Assembly (NCBI GenBank): GCA_963768055.1
Contig: CAVYGN010000001.1
Coordinates: 224,001 to 288,000 of the forward strand
DNA: 64,000 bases
Source of the DNA: an uncultured Spirochaetota bacterium
GTDB lineage: Bacteria; Spirochaetota; Brevinematia; Brevinematales; JAOACQ01
Direction: 5' to 3'
This document shows, piece after piece, positions 28,476 through 38,771 of this stretch. Below the pieces are notes generated by a model. It did no database searches and was not told the origin of the DNA. It worked only from the letters and a program-made list of their open reading frames with translations. The first letter of the stretch is position 1. Each line of letters begins with the position of its first letter. The translations under genes were made by a program, and so were the position numbers.

Positions 28476-30434
28476 ATGGGGTTTATTAAACGCCTGAATA
28501 TCGGTCTTATGATAGATGATCTTGACGGGGAATACCAGCGGACTATATGGGCAGGCATAGAAGAAACCGCTAAAAGAGCCGACGCAAATGTCATTTGTTT
28601 CGCAGGCGGCGAGATCGAAGCCCCTTACGAATACAGATATCTGCACAATGAGGCATACGGCCTTATTTCACCTGAAAACATCGACGGGCTTATCGTAGCG
28701 TCGACCGTGATGGCCACATACAGCGGGAATGAAAAGCTGAGGGAGTACTGCAGAAGGTTCGAACCCCTTCCAATGGTAAGTCTCGGCTTCAAACTGCCCG
28801 GCATGACCTCCATTGCCATTGAAAGTCAGGAAGGAATGTCGGAAGTGATGGACCATCTGATTGAACTCCATGGCTTCAGGAAATTCATATTCCTGGCAGG
28901 ACCTTCTTCAAATGAAGACGCTTCCAACAGGCAAAGGCTTTTCAAAGAAGCCCTGTCTTCGCATGGGATAGAAATTAATGACAATATGATTAAACAGGCC
29001 GGTTTCCGATCCAGCCTTGCCTTCGAGGTAGTTGGTGAACTTCTTCGGCAAGGGCATGATTTTGAGGCGATAGTGGCCGCGAACGATGATATGGCACAGG
29101 GAGCAATGAAAGCCCTCGAGGCGGGAAATATAGTTTTACCCGACCAGGTTTCGGTTACCGGTTTCGACGATATAGACAGTTCAAGGTTCATGATACTGCC
29201 GCTGACGACAGTCCGCCAGCCTACCTTTGAAATGTCGAAAAGGGCCGCCGAGCTCCTGTTGAAAAAAATAAATGGGGAAAACTGCCCGGACCTCGAATTG
29301 TTCAAGACCAAGTTAGTAATACGCCGCTCCTGCGGATGCTTTTCACATGAGACGTCCGAAGCTGCGATCCCCGGAGGGGGCGGAGGGGAGGCAGATTTTT
29401 TCAAAATCAAAACATCGATCATATCTGAAATACGGGAAATCTATTCCCCCTTCGGCACTCCGATACCGAAATCCGAACTGCTCAACCAGGTCCTTGACGC
29501 TTTTAAAGCCGCATTATCCGGCGAAACCACTAAGAACACATTCCTGCTTATTCTTGACAGGACGCTGAGGCAGTCATCCATCGAGGGCGTCGGCGATACT
29601 GTCTGGGAGCATTTTATATCCATTACAAGGAAGAACGTGATACCGAATTATTACGGCCGGACCGAAACGCTGATCAAGGCTGAAAACATGCTGCACCAGT
29701 CGAGAATTTTAATTAAGGATATGGCCAATCAGATCCAGTCGAATATAAGGTTCCAGGCGGCTGAAAGCGCGAAGACGCTTCAATATGTTATAGATACTTT
29801 GATCGGTTCATTCGACTTACCGACGCTGCTCAAAAACCTTGCGGGGGAATTGCCGAAGATAGGCATAAAAATCTGTTATCTATCACTGCATGCCTCGGAA
29901 GATAAAAAATTTAAAGAAGCCAGGCTTTTATTGGGTTTCAATGAAAAAGGAAGAATAAGTCTGGATGACAAGGGCTATTTTTACCGTGCGGATCAGCTTT
30001 TCCCGCGAGATTTATTGGATCATGAAATAAGATACAATTTCATTGTTGAAACACTTGTATTCAAAACAGAACAGCTCGGTTTCATCATTTTTGAGTTCAA
30101 TCCCCATGCGGGGATCTCGAGCCTGGCTTTAAGCGAATTGATCAGGAGCGCGCTCAAGGCTTCAATGATGGTCCAGGAAATACTCGAAAAGGATAAGGAG
30201 TTGTCCACCCTGGACCGGTTGAAAAAAGATTTCATAGCTAACATAACCCATGATTTCAGGTCGCATGTTACAGTGATTATGAACTCTGCCGAACTTGGCC
30301 GTAGTTACGATAATCCTGAGAATTTCGGCGAAGTCCTGAAAAGGTACGAAACTATCTATAATGCAGCTGTAAAGGTTAAAATGACTATAGACAGGCTGCT
30401 GGAACTGGCGAGCATGGACGTCAAAAACATCTGA
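28476..30434 (+). CDS. LacI-type sensor + HisKA domain, lacking HATPase (truncated histidine kinase)
   Basis: ANDDMA, TGFDD, PLTTVRQP, RRSCGC; H-box FIANITHDFRS; stops right after the dimerisation helices. Confidence 0.75.
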   Translation: MGFIKRLNIGLMIDDLDGEYQRTIWAGIEETAKRADANVICFAGGEIEAPYEYRYLHNEAYGLISPENIDGLIVASTVMATYSGNEKLREYCRRFEPLPMVSLGFKLPGMTSIAIESQEGMSEVMDHLIELHGFRKFIFLAGPSSNEDASNRQRLFKEALSSHGIEINDNMIKQAGFRSSLAFEVVGELLRQGHDFEAIVAANDDMAQGAMKALEAGNIVLPDQVSVTGFDDIDSSRFMILPLTTVRQPTFEMSKRAAELLLKKINGENCPDLELFKTKLVIRRSCGCFSHETSEAAIPGGGGGEADFFKIKTSIISEIREIYSPFGTPIPKSELLNQVLDAFKAALSGETTKNTFLLILDRTLRQSSIEGVGDTVWEHFISITRKNVIPNYYGRTETLIKAENMLHQSRILIKDMANQIQSNIRFQAAESAKTLQYVIDTLIGSFDLPTLLKNLAGELPKIGIKICYLSLHASEDKKFKEARLLLGFNEKGRISLDDKGYFYRADQLFPRDLLDHEIRYNFIVETLVFKTEQLGFIIFEFNPHAGISSLALSELIRSALKASMMVQEILEKDKELSTLDRLKKDFIANITHDFRSHVTVIMNSAELGRSYDNPENFGEVLKRYETIYNAAVKVKMTIDRLLELASMDVKNI

Positions 30435-30790
30435 TAGCCGGCTTTATTTAAACACGAGCATCGTGGAAGTCTTTTATTGACGATCGTATCGATGAGCTTT
30501 TTTGCTTCCCCCTTCATAAACCATCCTCCTTTAAAGGCTGAAAAAATTTTAAATATACCAACAATTATTACCTTCGGCAAGGCATAAAAATATTTTTTTT
30601 ATACTAAAATAATATCTATCGGTGTGCCGTCTTATTAAGCAATATTGCCTGTTTATTAATCAATATTTATCCCAATGATTAAAAATTAGATGTCGTATTG
30701 ATTTTAAAAAATGACGCCCTGCAGGCCTTTAATTCAATAAATTCAGGCACATGCCCCTTGTATGATCCCGTCCGGAAGGTAAATGAAATA

Positions 30791-30806
30791 TTGGTATATA
30801 TCTTGC
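30791..30806 (+). promoter_or_regulatory. Sigma54 (-24/-12) promoter of amtB-PII
   Basis: TTGGTATATATCTTGC: GG-N10-GC spacing, 57 bp upstream of the amtB ATG. Confidence 0.7.
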
Positions 30807-30862
30807 CGGAGGGTCTGAAAGAAGAAAGAAAAAAGAAGACAGAAAGAAGAAGGGAGGTATTT

Positions 30863-32185
30863 ATGTTTAAGAGATTCATGTGTATCTTGCCGGTGCTGAT
30901 GCTGCCTGCTGTGATTTTCGCGCAGGATAAAGGCGCAGCTCAGATCAATCCGGGCGATTCCGCCTGGCTGCTTACATCGAGCGCACTGGTGCTGCTTATG
31001 ACAATGCCGGGTCTCGCGCTCTTTTACGGCGGTATGGTCAGGAAAAAGAACATTCTCTCTACAATGTATTACAGTTTTGCCGCTGCTGTAATAGTCAGCG
31101 CCCTCTGGGTTATCGTTCAATACAGTCTGTCATTTGGCGGGGACACAGGCGGAATAATAGGCAACCTTGATAAGATCTTTTTCAAGGGTGTAACCCGTAA
31201 CAGTGTTTGGGGCGGGGGCGCCATTCCCGAGCTGGTTTTTGCCGCTTTTCAGCTTATGTTCGCGATCATCACGGTTGCGCTTATATCCGGGGCCCTGGTT
31301 GAAAGATTGAATTTCGGGGCATGGACCGTGTTTATCATCCTATGGACGCTGATCGTTTATACGCCGCTGGCCCACTGGGTCTGGGGAGGCGGATGGCTTT
31401 CAAGGCTTGGAGATTTTTTAGGGGCTCCCGGGCTCGGCACTCTTGATTTCGCCGGCGGGCTCGTGGTCCATCTTTCATCCGGAATTTCTGCACTCGTAGC
31501 GGTCCTGTATCTCGGGGAAAGGGCCAATTTCAAAAAAGACCCAGTCATGCCCAACAGCATAACCATGACTTTTATCGGCGCCGGCCTGTTATGGTTCGGC
31601 TGGTTCGGTTTCAATGCCGGCAGCGCGTTGTCAGCAGGCGGATTGGCCGGCAGCGCTTTTATGGCGACCAATACGGCAGCCGCTTTCGGGGCGATTACCT
31701 GGATGCTGATCGAATGGATAAGAATTAAAAAACCCAGTGTTATCGGCGGAACAAGCGGACTTGTGGCCGGACTTGCGACAATCACGCCTGCGGCAGGTTT
31801 TGTCGATATACCGGGGGCGATAATAATCGGCATACTTGCCGGATTATTTACATATTTCTTCGTAGCTATAGTTAAAAAAGCCTTAGGATACGATGATTCC
31901 CTCGATGCCTTCGGCATCCATGGAGTAAGCGGCACATTGGGATTACTTCTTACAGGACTTCTTGCAAATCCGTTAGTGGGCGGGGCTGCAGGCTTGTTTT
32001 ACGGCAAACCGGTCCAGTTCTTTATTCAGCTCATCGCTGTGTTTGCGGGAATAGTTCTTTCGGTTGCAGGTACCCTGATTATCTTGATATTAATAGACAA
32101 GGTCTTTAGAATCAAGCTGAGGGTATCCGGACAGGTTGAAGCGTCCGGTCTGGATATGGCCCTGCATGGAGAACAGGAAGAATAG
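30863..32185 (+). CDS. amtB: Ammonium transporter
   Basis: PGLALFYGG, FQLMFAIIT, DFAGGLVVH, LWFGWFGFNAGS, DDSLDAFGIHG; ATG 30863 after GGAGG. Confidence 0.97.
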   Translation: MFKRFMCILPVLMLPAVIFAQDKGAAQINPGDSAWLLTSSALVLLMTMPGLALFYGGMVRKKNILSTMYYSFAAAVIVSALWVIVQYSLSFGGDTGGIIGNLDKIFFKGVTRNSVWGGGAIPELVFAAFQLMFAIITVALISGALVERLNFGAWTVFIILWTLIVYTPLAHWVWGGGWLSRLGDFLGAPGLGTLDFAGGLVVHLSSGISALVAVLYLGERANFKKDPVMPNSITMTFIGAGLLWFGWFGFNAGSALSAGGLAGSAFMATNTAAAFGAITWMLIEWIRIKKPSVIGGTSGLVAGLATITPAAGFVDIPGAIIIGILAGLFTYFFVAIVKKALGYDDSLDAFGIHGVSGTLGLLLTGLLANPLVGGAAGLFYGKPVQFFIQLIAVFAGIVLSVAGTLIILILIDKVFRIKLRVSGQVEASGLDMALHGEQEE

Positions 32186-32226
32186 TATTTCGTGTATGAA
32201 CATATAATGGAAATAAGGAGAAGGAT

Positions 32227-32565
32227 ATGAAAAGGATTGAGGCAATAATCAGGCCTGAGAAGATGGACGCCGTCGTTGAGAAACTCGGCGAACTTGGCTA
32301 TCCGGGATTGAATTATACTGAGGTCCAGGGTCATGGGCGTCAGAAAGGCATGAAAGAGATATTCAGGGGCAGGGAATACGATATAAAATTCGTTCCTAAA
32401 ATAAAAATAGAGATAGTAGTTAAGGACAGCCAGGCCGACAAAATTATCGAGGCTATCATAAAAGTCTCGCAAACCGGCCAGATCGGTGACGGGAAGATTT
32501 TTGTCAGCGATGTAATCGAGGCTATCCGGGTAAGGACCGAAGAGCGGGGAGACGAAGTGCTTTAG
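32227..32565 (+). CDS. glnK: P-II nitrogen regulatory protein
   Basis: 112 aa; GHGRQKG, Tyr51, TGQIGDGKIFV; linked to amtB. Confidence 0.93.
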   Translation: MKRIEAIIRPEKMDAVVEKLGELGYPGLNYTEVQGHGRQKGMKEIFRGREYDIKFVPKIKIEIVVKDSQADKIIEAIIKVSQTGQIGDGKIFVSDVIEAIRVRTEERGDEVL

Positions 32566-32612
32566 CCAGCCGATATCGTAATCCAAGATGAATATATAAT
32601 AAGGAGACAGAA

Positions 32613-33674
32613 ATGCATCCGAAAGCAGCCGCGCTCGTTCAAAAATATAAGGAGATGAGCGATAGGCTCGCCGCCATGCAGCCGACCGGACAGGAATATA
32701 TAAAGCTAGCGAAAGAAAGGGCGGAGCTTTCCCCCTTCGCGGAAAAATACGATGAAATATTGAAAATCGAAAAAGAAATAGCGGACAACCTGGAAATGAT
32801 CTCTACCGCGGACGAAGAAGAATTTAAGAAAATGGCGAAAGACGACATTGAGAAACTGAACGGCAGGAAAAACGAACTTGAAAAAGAGATCATTAAAATG
32901 CTTCTTCCAAAGGATGAAATGGAATCGAAGAACGTCATCATGGAAATCAGGGCAGGAACGGGCGGCGACGAGGCCGCCCTGTTCGCGGGCGATCTTTTCA
33001 GAATGTATACACGTTACGCCGAATTGAAGCACTGGAAATTCGAGGTGCTCGATTTTAACGATACCGGCCTCGGCGGTTTCAAGGAGATTGTATTTTCATT
33101 AAAGGGAAAAGATGTATACAGAAGGATGAAATTTGAAAGCGGAGTCCACAGGGTCCAGAGAATACCGGAAACCGAAGCCTCCGGACGAATTCATACATCG
33201 ACGGCCTCAGTGGTAGTATTGCCTGAAGCGGACGAGGTGGACGTGAGAATTGACCCGGCGGACCTCAAGATAGATACTTACAGGGCCGGAGGGGCAGGAG
33301 GGCAGTACGTCAATAAAACAGAGTCCGCGGTCAGGATCACTCATATTCCCTCGGGAATAGTAGTGGCCTGCCAGGAAGAGAGGTCCCAGCTTCAGAACAG
33401 GGCAAGCGCTCTAAGGATCCTCCGTTCGAAACTTCTTGACCTTGAGCTGCAAAAAAAGACGGACATCGACAAGGCCTTGAGAAGAAGTTCCATCCGCAGC
33501 GGAGACCGTTCCGAGAAGATCAGGACATATAATTTTCCTCAAAACAGGGTGACGGACCACCGGCTCGGCCTTACGCTTTATAAGCTTGAAATGATCATGA
33601 ACGGCGATTGCGATGAAATGATAAATGCCTGCCTTATAAATGAACAGGAGGAGATGCTGAAATTCCTGGATTAA
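32613..33674 (+). CDS. prfA: Peptide chain release factor 1
   Basis: [14 protein letters not shown] anticodon motif ([14 protein letters not shown]), [12 protein letters not shown]. Confidence 0.97.
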   Translation: MHPKAAALVQKYKEMSDRLAAMQPTGQEYIKLAKERAELSPFAEKYDEILKIEKEIADNLEMISTADEEEFKKMAKDDIEKLNGRKNELEKEIIKMLLPKDEMESKNVIMEIRAGTGGDEAALFAGDLFRMYTRYAELKHWKFEVLDFNDTGLGGFKEIVFSLKGKDVYRRMKFESGVHRVQRIPETEASGRIHTSTASVVVLPEADEVDVRIDPADLKIDTYRAGGAGGQYVNKTESAVRITHIPSGIVVACQEERSQLQNRASALRILRSKLLDLELQKKTDIDKALRRSSIRSGDRSEKIRTYNFPQNRVTDHRLGLTLYKLEMIMNGDCDEMINACLINEQEEMLKFLD

Positions 33675-33746
33675 AATGTTGTCATTTTTTCCTGTGCAGA
33701 CTAATATTATTGGGCGGGTCTAATAACCTTTATCGAGGTCGAATTC

Positions 33747-36053
33747 ATGCCGGTTAAAAATAAGTATAGAATAGGTATTTTCATCGACTGGGTCTATTCG
33801 GAATACCATCAAAAGATCCTGTCCGGGATCATGGATTATTTCGACGGCCTTCCCGCCGATATCTTTTGTTTTCCGACAGGGCGTTATAAATCGAAGGACA
33901 ACTGGGAAAGAAAAAAGAATATACTTTTCGAATACGTGGATGAAAGCAATACCGACGGCCTGATCGTTTTAACCGATCCGCTTCAATGCGATGTAGGGAA
34001 GAGCAAGTTTTTACGTTTTTTGAAAAGATACGGAAAAATACCGATAGTAAGCATTTCGGTCCAGCTGGACGAGCATTACAGCGTTTTAATAGATAATAAA
34101 TCGGGGATGGAAGCGATCCTCGACCATCTGATAATAAAACACCATTTTGAAAGGATCGCTTTTATAACAGGTCCCGAAGGTTATCACGAATCTGAAGAAA
34201 GGCTGGAAACATTCCTTAATTATTTCAAAACCCATAATCTTCCCGTCGATTCGAATTTAATAATACAGGGCGGCTTTACCGGATTATCGGGCAGGCAGGC
34301 TGTTAAAACTCTCCTCGATGAGAAAAAAGTGAGCTTCGATTGCATAATGGCCGGAAATGACGAGATGGCGATCGGGGCGATCGAGGAACTGACCTCGAGG
34401 GGATTGCAGGTCCCAGGCGATTTATATGTAACCGGATTTGACGATATCAATGCAAGCGGAAGGGCCTCGCTGACCACTGTAAGGCAGCCGATTTACGAAT
34501 TGGGCAGAAAATCCTCTGAAATATTATACGGGGTTTTAACCGGGAAAAAGCCCGAAAGGCTTCACAAGCTGCCCACAACACTTGTTATAAGGGAAACATG
34601 CGGGTGCAGGCTGCAAAGGCTCCTCAATACAGCCGTATGGAAAAAGGGGCTTACCGAACCGGCAGAGGATTTTGAAGAGAATTTTACTCTTGCACGGGAA
34701 AAAATAATTAACGAGATTATATCCGGCTGGCCCGTAGAAAAATATTTTGAATTGAAATCCGAACTTTTTCCTTGGCTGGATACTTTATGCTCGGAACTTG
34801 TCGAAGCCTACCGGACTAACGAGGTTAAAAAAATAATAGACGCCTGGGGCAGGATAATTTTCCAGAGTTATTCGAAAAATATGGACCTGATATTCCTTAA
34901 TGAAATAGTTTCAGGGTTCAGAAGAATTATTTTACGCTGCCGCCTTGATTACACAAAGATTATTTTTTTCGAGGATATTTTTCACCGGATGCGGATAATG
35001 GCCGAGGAGGTTGACCATAAAGAACTTGTATACAGGGAAACACTTTCCATTCTTGAGTTCGGAAGATTCTCCTCGGTAAGCGCAACCCTGTCGGATTCCA
35101 CCGACCTGGAAGGCCTGATCCCGCTAATATATAATGTTCTGAACAGGCTGGAGATGAAAACATGTTTTTTATCGTTGTTCAGGGACCCCGAGAAGCCCCT
35201 CGAATCATCCAGGCTTATCCTGGCTTTGAGCGATAAAAAAAGGCCCGATCTTTCAAACATAAAACCCGATTTTAAAACTAAAGACCTCCTTCCGAATAAA
35301 ATTTATCCCCATGATGGACAAAACCGTTTCATTGTACAGGCCCTTAACGAGAATATAGGAACTGTTATTCTCGATCTAAAGGATTATATCGGGAATGTAA
35401 CCATATACGACGAGCTGGACCTTAAAGTCAGTTCAACGATAAGGCTTATAATGCTGATCGATAAGATTTCAAGGCAGGCTCTTTCCCTGGGAGAGGAAAT
35501 AAAGGAGAGGAAGAAGGCCGAAAAAAAAGTTAAAACCGCTATGTCGAAACTCGAGAAATACAATGAGATTCTTCATGACCTGTCGCTTAAGGACGATCTT
35601 ACAGGCCTGTATAACAGGAGAGGGTTTCTTACCCTGGGAGGGCAGCAGCTTAATTATTCCAGAAGGTTCAATAAGTGTTTTGTCCTCTTCTATTTCGACA
35701 TGGACGGGCTTAAAAAAATAAACGATACTTACGGGCATGAAGAAGGCGACTTCGCCATAAAAAAAACAGCCCTGCTCCTGCAGAAATCATTCAGGTCCAT
35801 AGATATTATAGCAAGGATAGGAGGCGATGAATTCACAGTATTTGCCGCGGATTGCTGCACAGAAGAAGCTGAAAAACTCAAAAAAAGGGTTAAAATACTT
35901 TTCCAGAACTTCAACAATCTTTCCGGTAAAGGCTACAGGCTATCGATAAGTGCGGGGATAGTACCGGTGGATGGGAGCAGCCGGCTCAAGTTTAACGAAC
36001 TGATGGCCCTCGCCGACAGGAAACTTTATGAGGATAAACATAAAGACGGATGA
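33747..36053 (+). CDS. LacI-type ligand-binding domain + GGDEF diguanylate cyclase
   Basis: GNDEMAIG, TGFDD, LTTVRQP, RETCGC; RSID...RIGGDEF. Confidence 0.88.
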   Translation: MPVKNKYRIGIFIDWVYSEYHQKILSGIMDYFDGLPADIFCFPTGRYKSKDNWERKKNILFEYVDESNTDGLIVLTDPLQCDVGKSKFLRFLKRYGKIPIVSISVQLDEHYSVLIDNKSGMEAILDHLIIKHHFERIAFITGPEGYHESEERLETFLNYFKTHNLPVDSNLIIQGGFTGLSGRQAVKTLLDEKKVSFDCIMAGNDEMAIGAIEELTSRGLQVPGDLYVTGFDDINASGRASLTTVRQPIYELGRKSSEILYGVLTGKKPERLHKLPTTLVIRETCGCRLQRLLNTAVWKKGLTEPAEDFEENFTLAREKIINEIISGWPVEKYFELKSELFPWLDTLCSELVEAYRTNEVKKIIDAWGRIIFQSYSKNMDLIFLNEIVSGFRRIILRCRLDYTKIIFFEDIFHRMRIMAEEVDHKELVYRETLSILEFGRFSSVSATLSDSTDLEGLIPLIYNVLNRLEMKTCFLSLFRDPEKPLESSRLILALSDKKRPDLSNIKPDFKTKDLLPNKIYPHDGQNRFIVQALNENIGTVILDLKDYIGNVTIYDELDLKVSSTIRLIMLIDKISRQALSLGEEIKERKKAEKKVKTAMSKLEKYNEILHDLSLKDDLTGLYNRRGFLTLGGQQLNYSRRFNKCFVLFYFDMDGLKKINDTYGHEEGDFAIKKTALLLQKSFRSIDIIARIGGDEFTVFAADCCTEEAEKLKKRVKILFQNFNNLSGKGYRLSISAGIVPVDGSSRLKFNELMALADRKLYEDKHKDG

Positions 36054-36054
36054 T

Positions 36055-37017
36055 TTATAAAGACTCGACCCTTATACCCCTTTCAGAGGCCAGAACAAGC
36101 GACCTGTTCATATTTGACAGTACGAGTTTTTTTCCGCTCCTGTTGATTACAAGCGAGTCGAAAACCCCGGAAATTTCGGTTTCCCCCTCGGTATAATTCC
36201 CGTTGACGTCTCTATCCAGGATCCCTAAGAGTTTATTAAGCGTATCTATTTCACGGGGTGATGAAGTCAAGGCTACAGCGAATTTTTCCTCCATCTTTAT
36301 TACCGCTTCTTCCAGATGTACCGAATTGAGTTTGCGCATCTCGCTGGAGATAAAATCCCGCAAATCGGCCGGATCTTTCCAGCATTTTTCCAGAAGGAGA
36401 AAACGGTCATGAAGACCGGGGTCGGCAATTGAAAGAAAATCTTTAAAATAAAAAGAATTGATAGTAAATATAGATCTTAAGGCCAGGAACCCTTTGCCGG
36501 GTTCAGGAGCTCCCTGTATGAATCTTTTGATTGAAAATATCTCATTACCGCCGTTCCTGAAAATTGCATCGCCCAGCTCGATCGACATAGGATAAAGACC
36601 TTCCGGAGATGAAAAAAAAGTAAGCGAGTCGGAGCCCAGGGGGGTATTCAGAAAATCCTCGACTTTTCCGCAAAGGTCCGGTAGGGCTGACGGATCGAGA
36701 TAAGCCGGCGCGAAAAGGGATAAGGGAGCCATGGAAAAAGCGCATGAAAAGGCTGAAAAAATGAAGATTTTTGCAAAAACGCTTTCCGCAGGAATATTCA
36801 GCGTATCTGAATTGCCGCATAACTGTGAAAAAATCCTGTTTCCGCTGCTGTCTATGACAAAAAGGGGAGAGCCAGGGAAATGTTTTTTCCATGCGTCGTA
36901 ATTTTTTTCATAAAGACTCGATCCCCCCGCATCGATTAGTTCTACCGGGACAGGATCTTTATAAAAAGGGCCAAGATCGAGGGCCCCGGAAAGGAATAAA
37001 ACTATATTCATAGCCAT
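36055..37017 (-). CDS. Degenerate mannose-1-phosphate guanylyltransferase (ManC)-like protein
   Basis: Length and remnants (GGSSLY, KRFIQ, SVHLEEAV, DVNGNY..G, DSLVIN..KKLV) follow the ManC layout, but GxGxRL and other catalytic motifs are absent. Confidence 0.45.
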   Translation of the reverse strand: MAMNIVLFLSGALDLGPFYKDPVPVELIDAGGSSLYEKNYDAWKKHFPGSPLFVIDSSGNRIFSQLCGNSDTLNIPAESVFAKIFIFSAFSCAFSMAPLSLFAPAYLDPSALPDLCGKVEDFLNTPLGSDSLTFFSSPEGLYPMSIELGDAIFRNGGNEIFSIKRFIQGAPEPGKGFLALRSIFTINSFYFKDFLSIADPGLHDRFLLLEKCWKDPADLRDFISSEMRKLNSVHLEEAVIKMEEKFAVALTSSPREIDTLNKLLGILDRDVNGNYTEGETEISGVFDSLVINRSGKKLVLSNMNRSLVLASERGIRVESL

Positions 37018-37925
37018 CCCTCGACAGACTCGCGAATCAAGTGGAAAGCCCGGGCGTCGAACCAGTGTATATCAGAGTTTTTTTTGAACCATGTCAATTG
37101 TCTTTTTGCAAAACGCCTCGTATCTCTTTTAAGATAATATACGAATTCTTCATAAGACCAGAGGCCCGATATATAATTCGAGGCGTGCCTGTATCCGATG
37201 CTCGACAGAGCGAAAGCGTCTTTTCCGAATTCTTTTATCAAATTTCCGGTTTCTTCTATAAGGCCTTCTTCGATCATCATATCTGCTCTCTTTTCGATTT
37301 TCTCATATAAAATTTTTCTATCGCATTCCAGACCGATGATAAACCAGTCGAGTAAAAGCTTCGGGTTGGAGGCTCTAAGTTCCGACATGGGTTTTCCCGT
37401 GCTGTAATAAACCTCCAGCGCCCGAACTATCCTTCTCAGGTCGTTAGGCTCGATTTTAGAAGCGCTGTCAGGATCGTATTTCATAAGCTCGCCATGCAGG
37501 GCCGAGGGATTTTCAGCGGCCGCCCTTTCGGCGAGTTTGTTCCTGATTTCATCGCTGCGCCCCGGACCGCTGAACAGGCCGTAGTACAGGGAATTGAAAT
37601 ACATACCGGTACCTCCCGCCACGATCGGGAGGCTTCCCTTATCCAGGATTTCAGTCATCTTCTCCTCGGCCAATTTTTTATAAATTCCGGCGTTTACACG
37701 GTAGCCGGGCTCGAAAATGTCGATGAGGTGATACCTTACTCCTTGGATCTCGCCTGCCCGGGGCTTTGCAGAGCCTATGTCGAGATGTTTATAGATCTGG
37801 ACGGAATCGCAGGAAACCACTTCGCCCTTAAATAGTCTGGCCAGGGCTATGGCGGTTTCCGTCTTGCCCGAGGCTGTCGGCCCCACGACGGCGAGGACTT
37901 TATTATTTGATTTTATATTCTGCAT
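37008..37925 (-). CDS. miaA: tRNA dimethylallyltransferase
   Basis: GPTASGKT, DSVQIYKHLDIGSAKP, GGTGMY, SIGY, AKRQLTWF. Confidence 0.97.
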   Translation of the reverse strand: MQNIKSNNKVLAVVGPTASGKTETAIALARLFKGEVVSCDSVQIYKHLDIGSAKPRAGEIQGVRYHLIDIFEPGYRVNAGIYKKLAEEKMTEILDKGSLPIVAGGTGMYFNSLYYGLFSGPGRSDEIRNKLAERAAAENPSALHGELMKYDPDSASKIEPNDLRRIVRALEVYYSTGKPMSELRASNPKLLLDWFIIGLECDRKILYEKIEKRADMMIEEGLIEETGNLIKEFGKDAFALSSIGYRHASNYISGLWSYEEFVYYLKRDTRRFAKRQLTWFKKNSDIHWFDARAFHLIRESVEGWL

Positions 37926-38062
37926 ACCATTACACTCTAATAAACACCAAATATGGTTTTATCACAGGGAGACACAGAGGAGCGGAGAGACATTAATAGA
38001 GCAGGTTTATTATAGGGATGAGGTGCAGTAAAGTCAAACAGGGCAAATGGGCGTAAGAGGAT

Positions 38063-38128
38063 GATTTCTCGTCCCCTCCTACAGGGTTACACCCTACGGG
38101 GATAAACGCTCCGCTCCTCGAAATGACA
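38063..38128. repeat. REP-like palindromic element (GATTTCTCGTC...CGCTCCTCGAAATGACA)
   Basis: Intergenic GC-rich element with ends resembling a common short palindromic repeat class; single copy in this window. Confidence 0.35.
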
Positions 38129-38233
38129 TTTCTAGGGTGATAAAAAGCCCTTTTGATTTTCTACCGGCTTCAAGCTCTCGAGTTGGCTCGATAAAAATTG
38201 AATTCATATGGAGGCATGTTGTTTGAGCGGTCC

Positions 38234-38262
38234 TTGACATTTTATCTTTCAAATATTAATAT
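38234..38262 (+). promoter_or_regulatory. Sigma70-like promoter TTGACA-N17-TAATAT
   Basis: Seen directly; same -10 variant as at 11531. Confidence 0.55.
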
Positions 38263-38288
38263 TATACGAGTAAATAAAGGAGGAAGGA

Positions 38289-38771
38289 ATGCAGATATCT
38301 TACATTATTTTTTTAGTAGTATTTATAGTGATTATCGGGATTTGCGCATACTCAGGCACGAGGCAGGGCTTTTTCCGGGCGCTTAACTCCTTTTTAAGGA
38401 TCGCGCTTCCTATGCTTTTATCGGGTATTATAGTCCTTATCGCTTCTCTCATCACAAAACAAAGAATGGATTTGATCTCTTACATTATCGGATTAATAGG
38501 GACTATCATATTTTATCTTGTGCTGAGAAACATAATCAAAGATCCCGAAACAATCAGGAATGCGGGGATAGCGGATTATTTCCTCGGTTTTATTGTAGGC
38601 GTGCTTCAGGGATGGCTTATAGCAGGCTTCCTTGTAGTATATATCAACTATTTTTGTACAATATTGAATTTTCATCCGAATCTAATGGAAATAGCTAAGT
38701 CGCCGTCGCTTTTCGCGGCTATAAGGACGCCGATAGATTGGATTTTATTTTTAAGTTTTATTAAATTATAA
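38289..38771 (+). CDS. CvpA-like membrane protein
   Basis: G..QGFFR and DYFLGFIVGVLQG motifs; 4 TM. Confidence 0.6.
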   Translation: MQISYIIFLVVFIVIIGICAYSGTRQGFFRALNSFLRIALPMLLSGIIVLIASLITKQRMDLISYIIGLIGTIIFYLVLRNIIKDPETIRNAGIADYFLGFIVGVLQGWLIAGFLVVYINYFCTILNFHPNLMEIAKSPSLFAAIRTPIDWILFLSFIKL

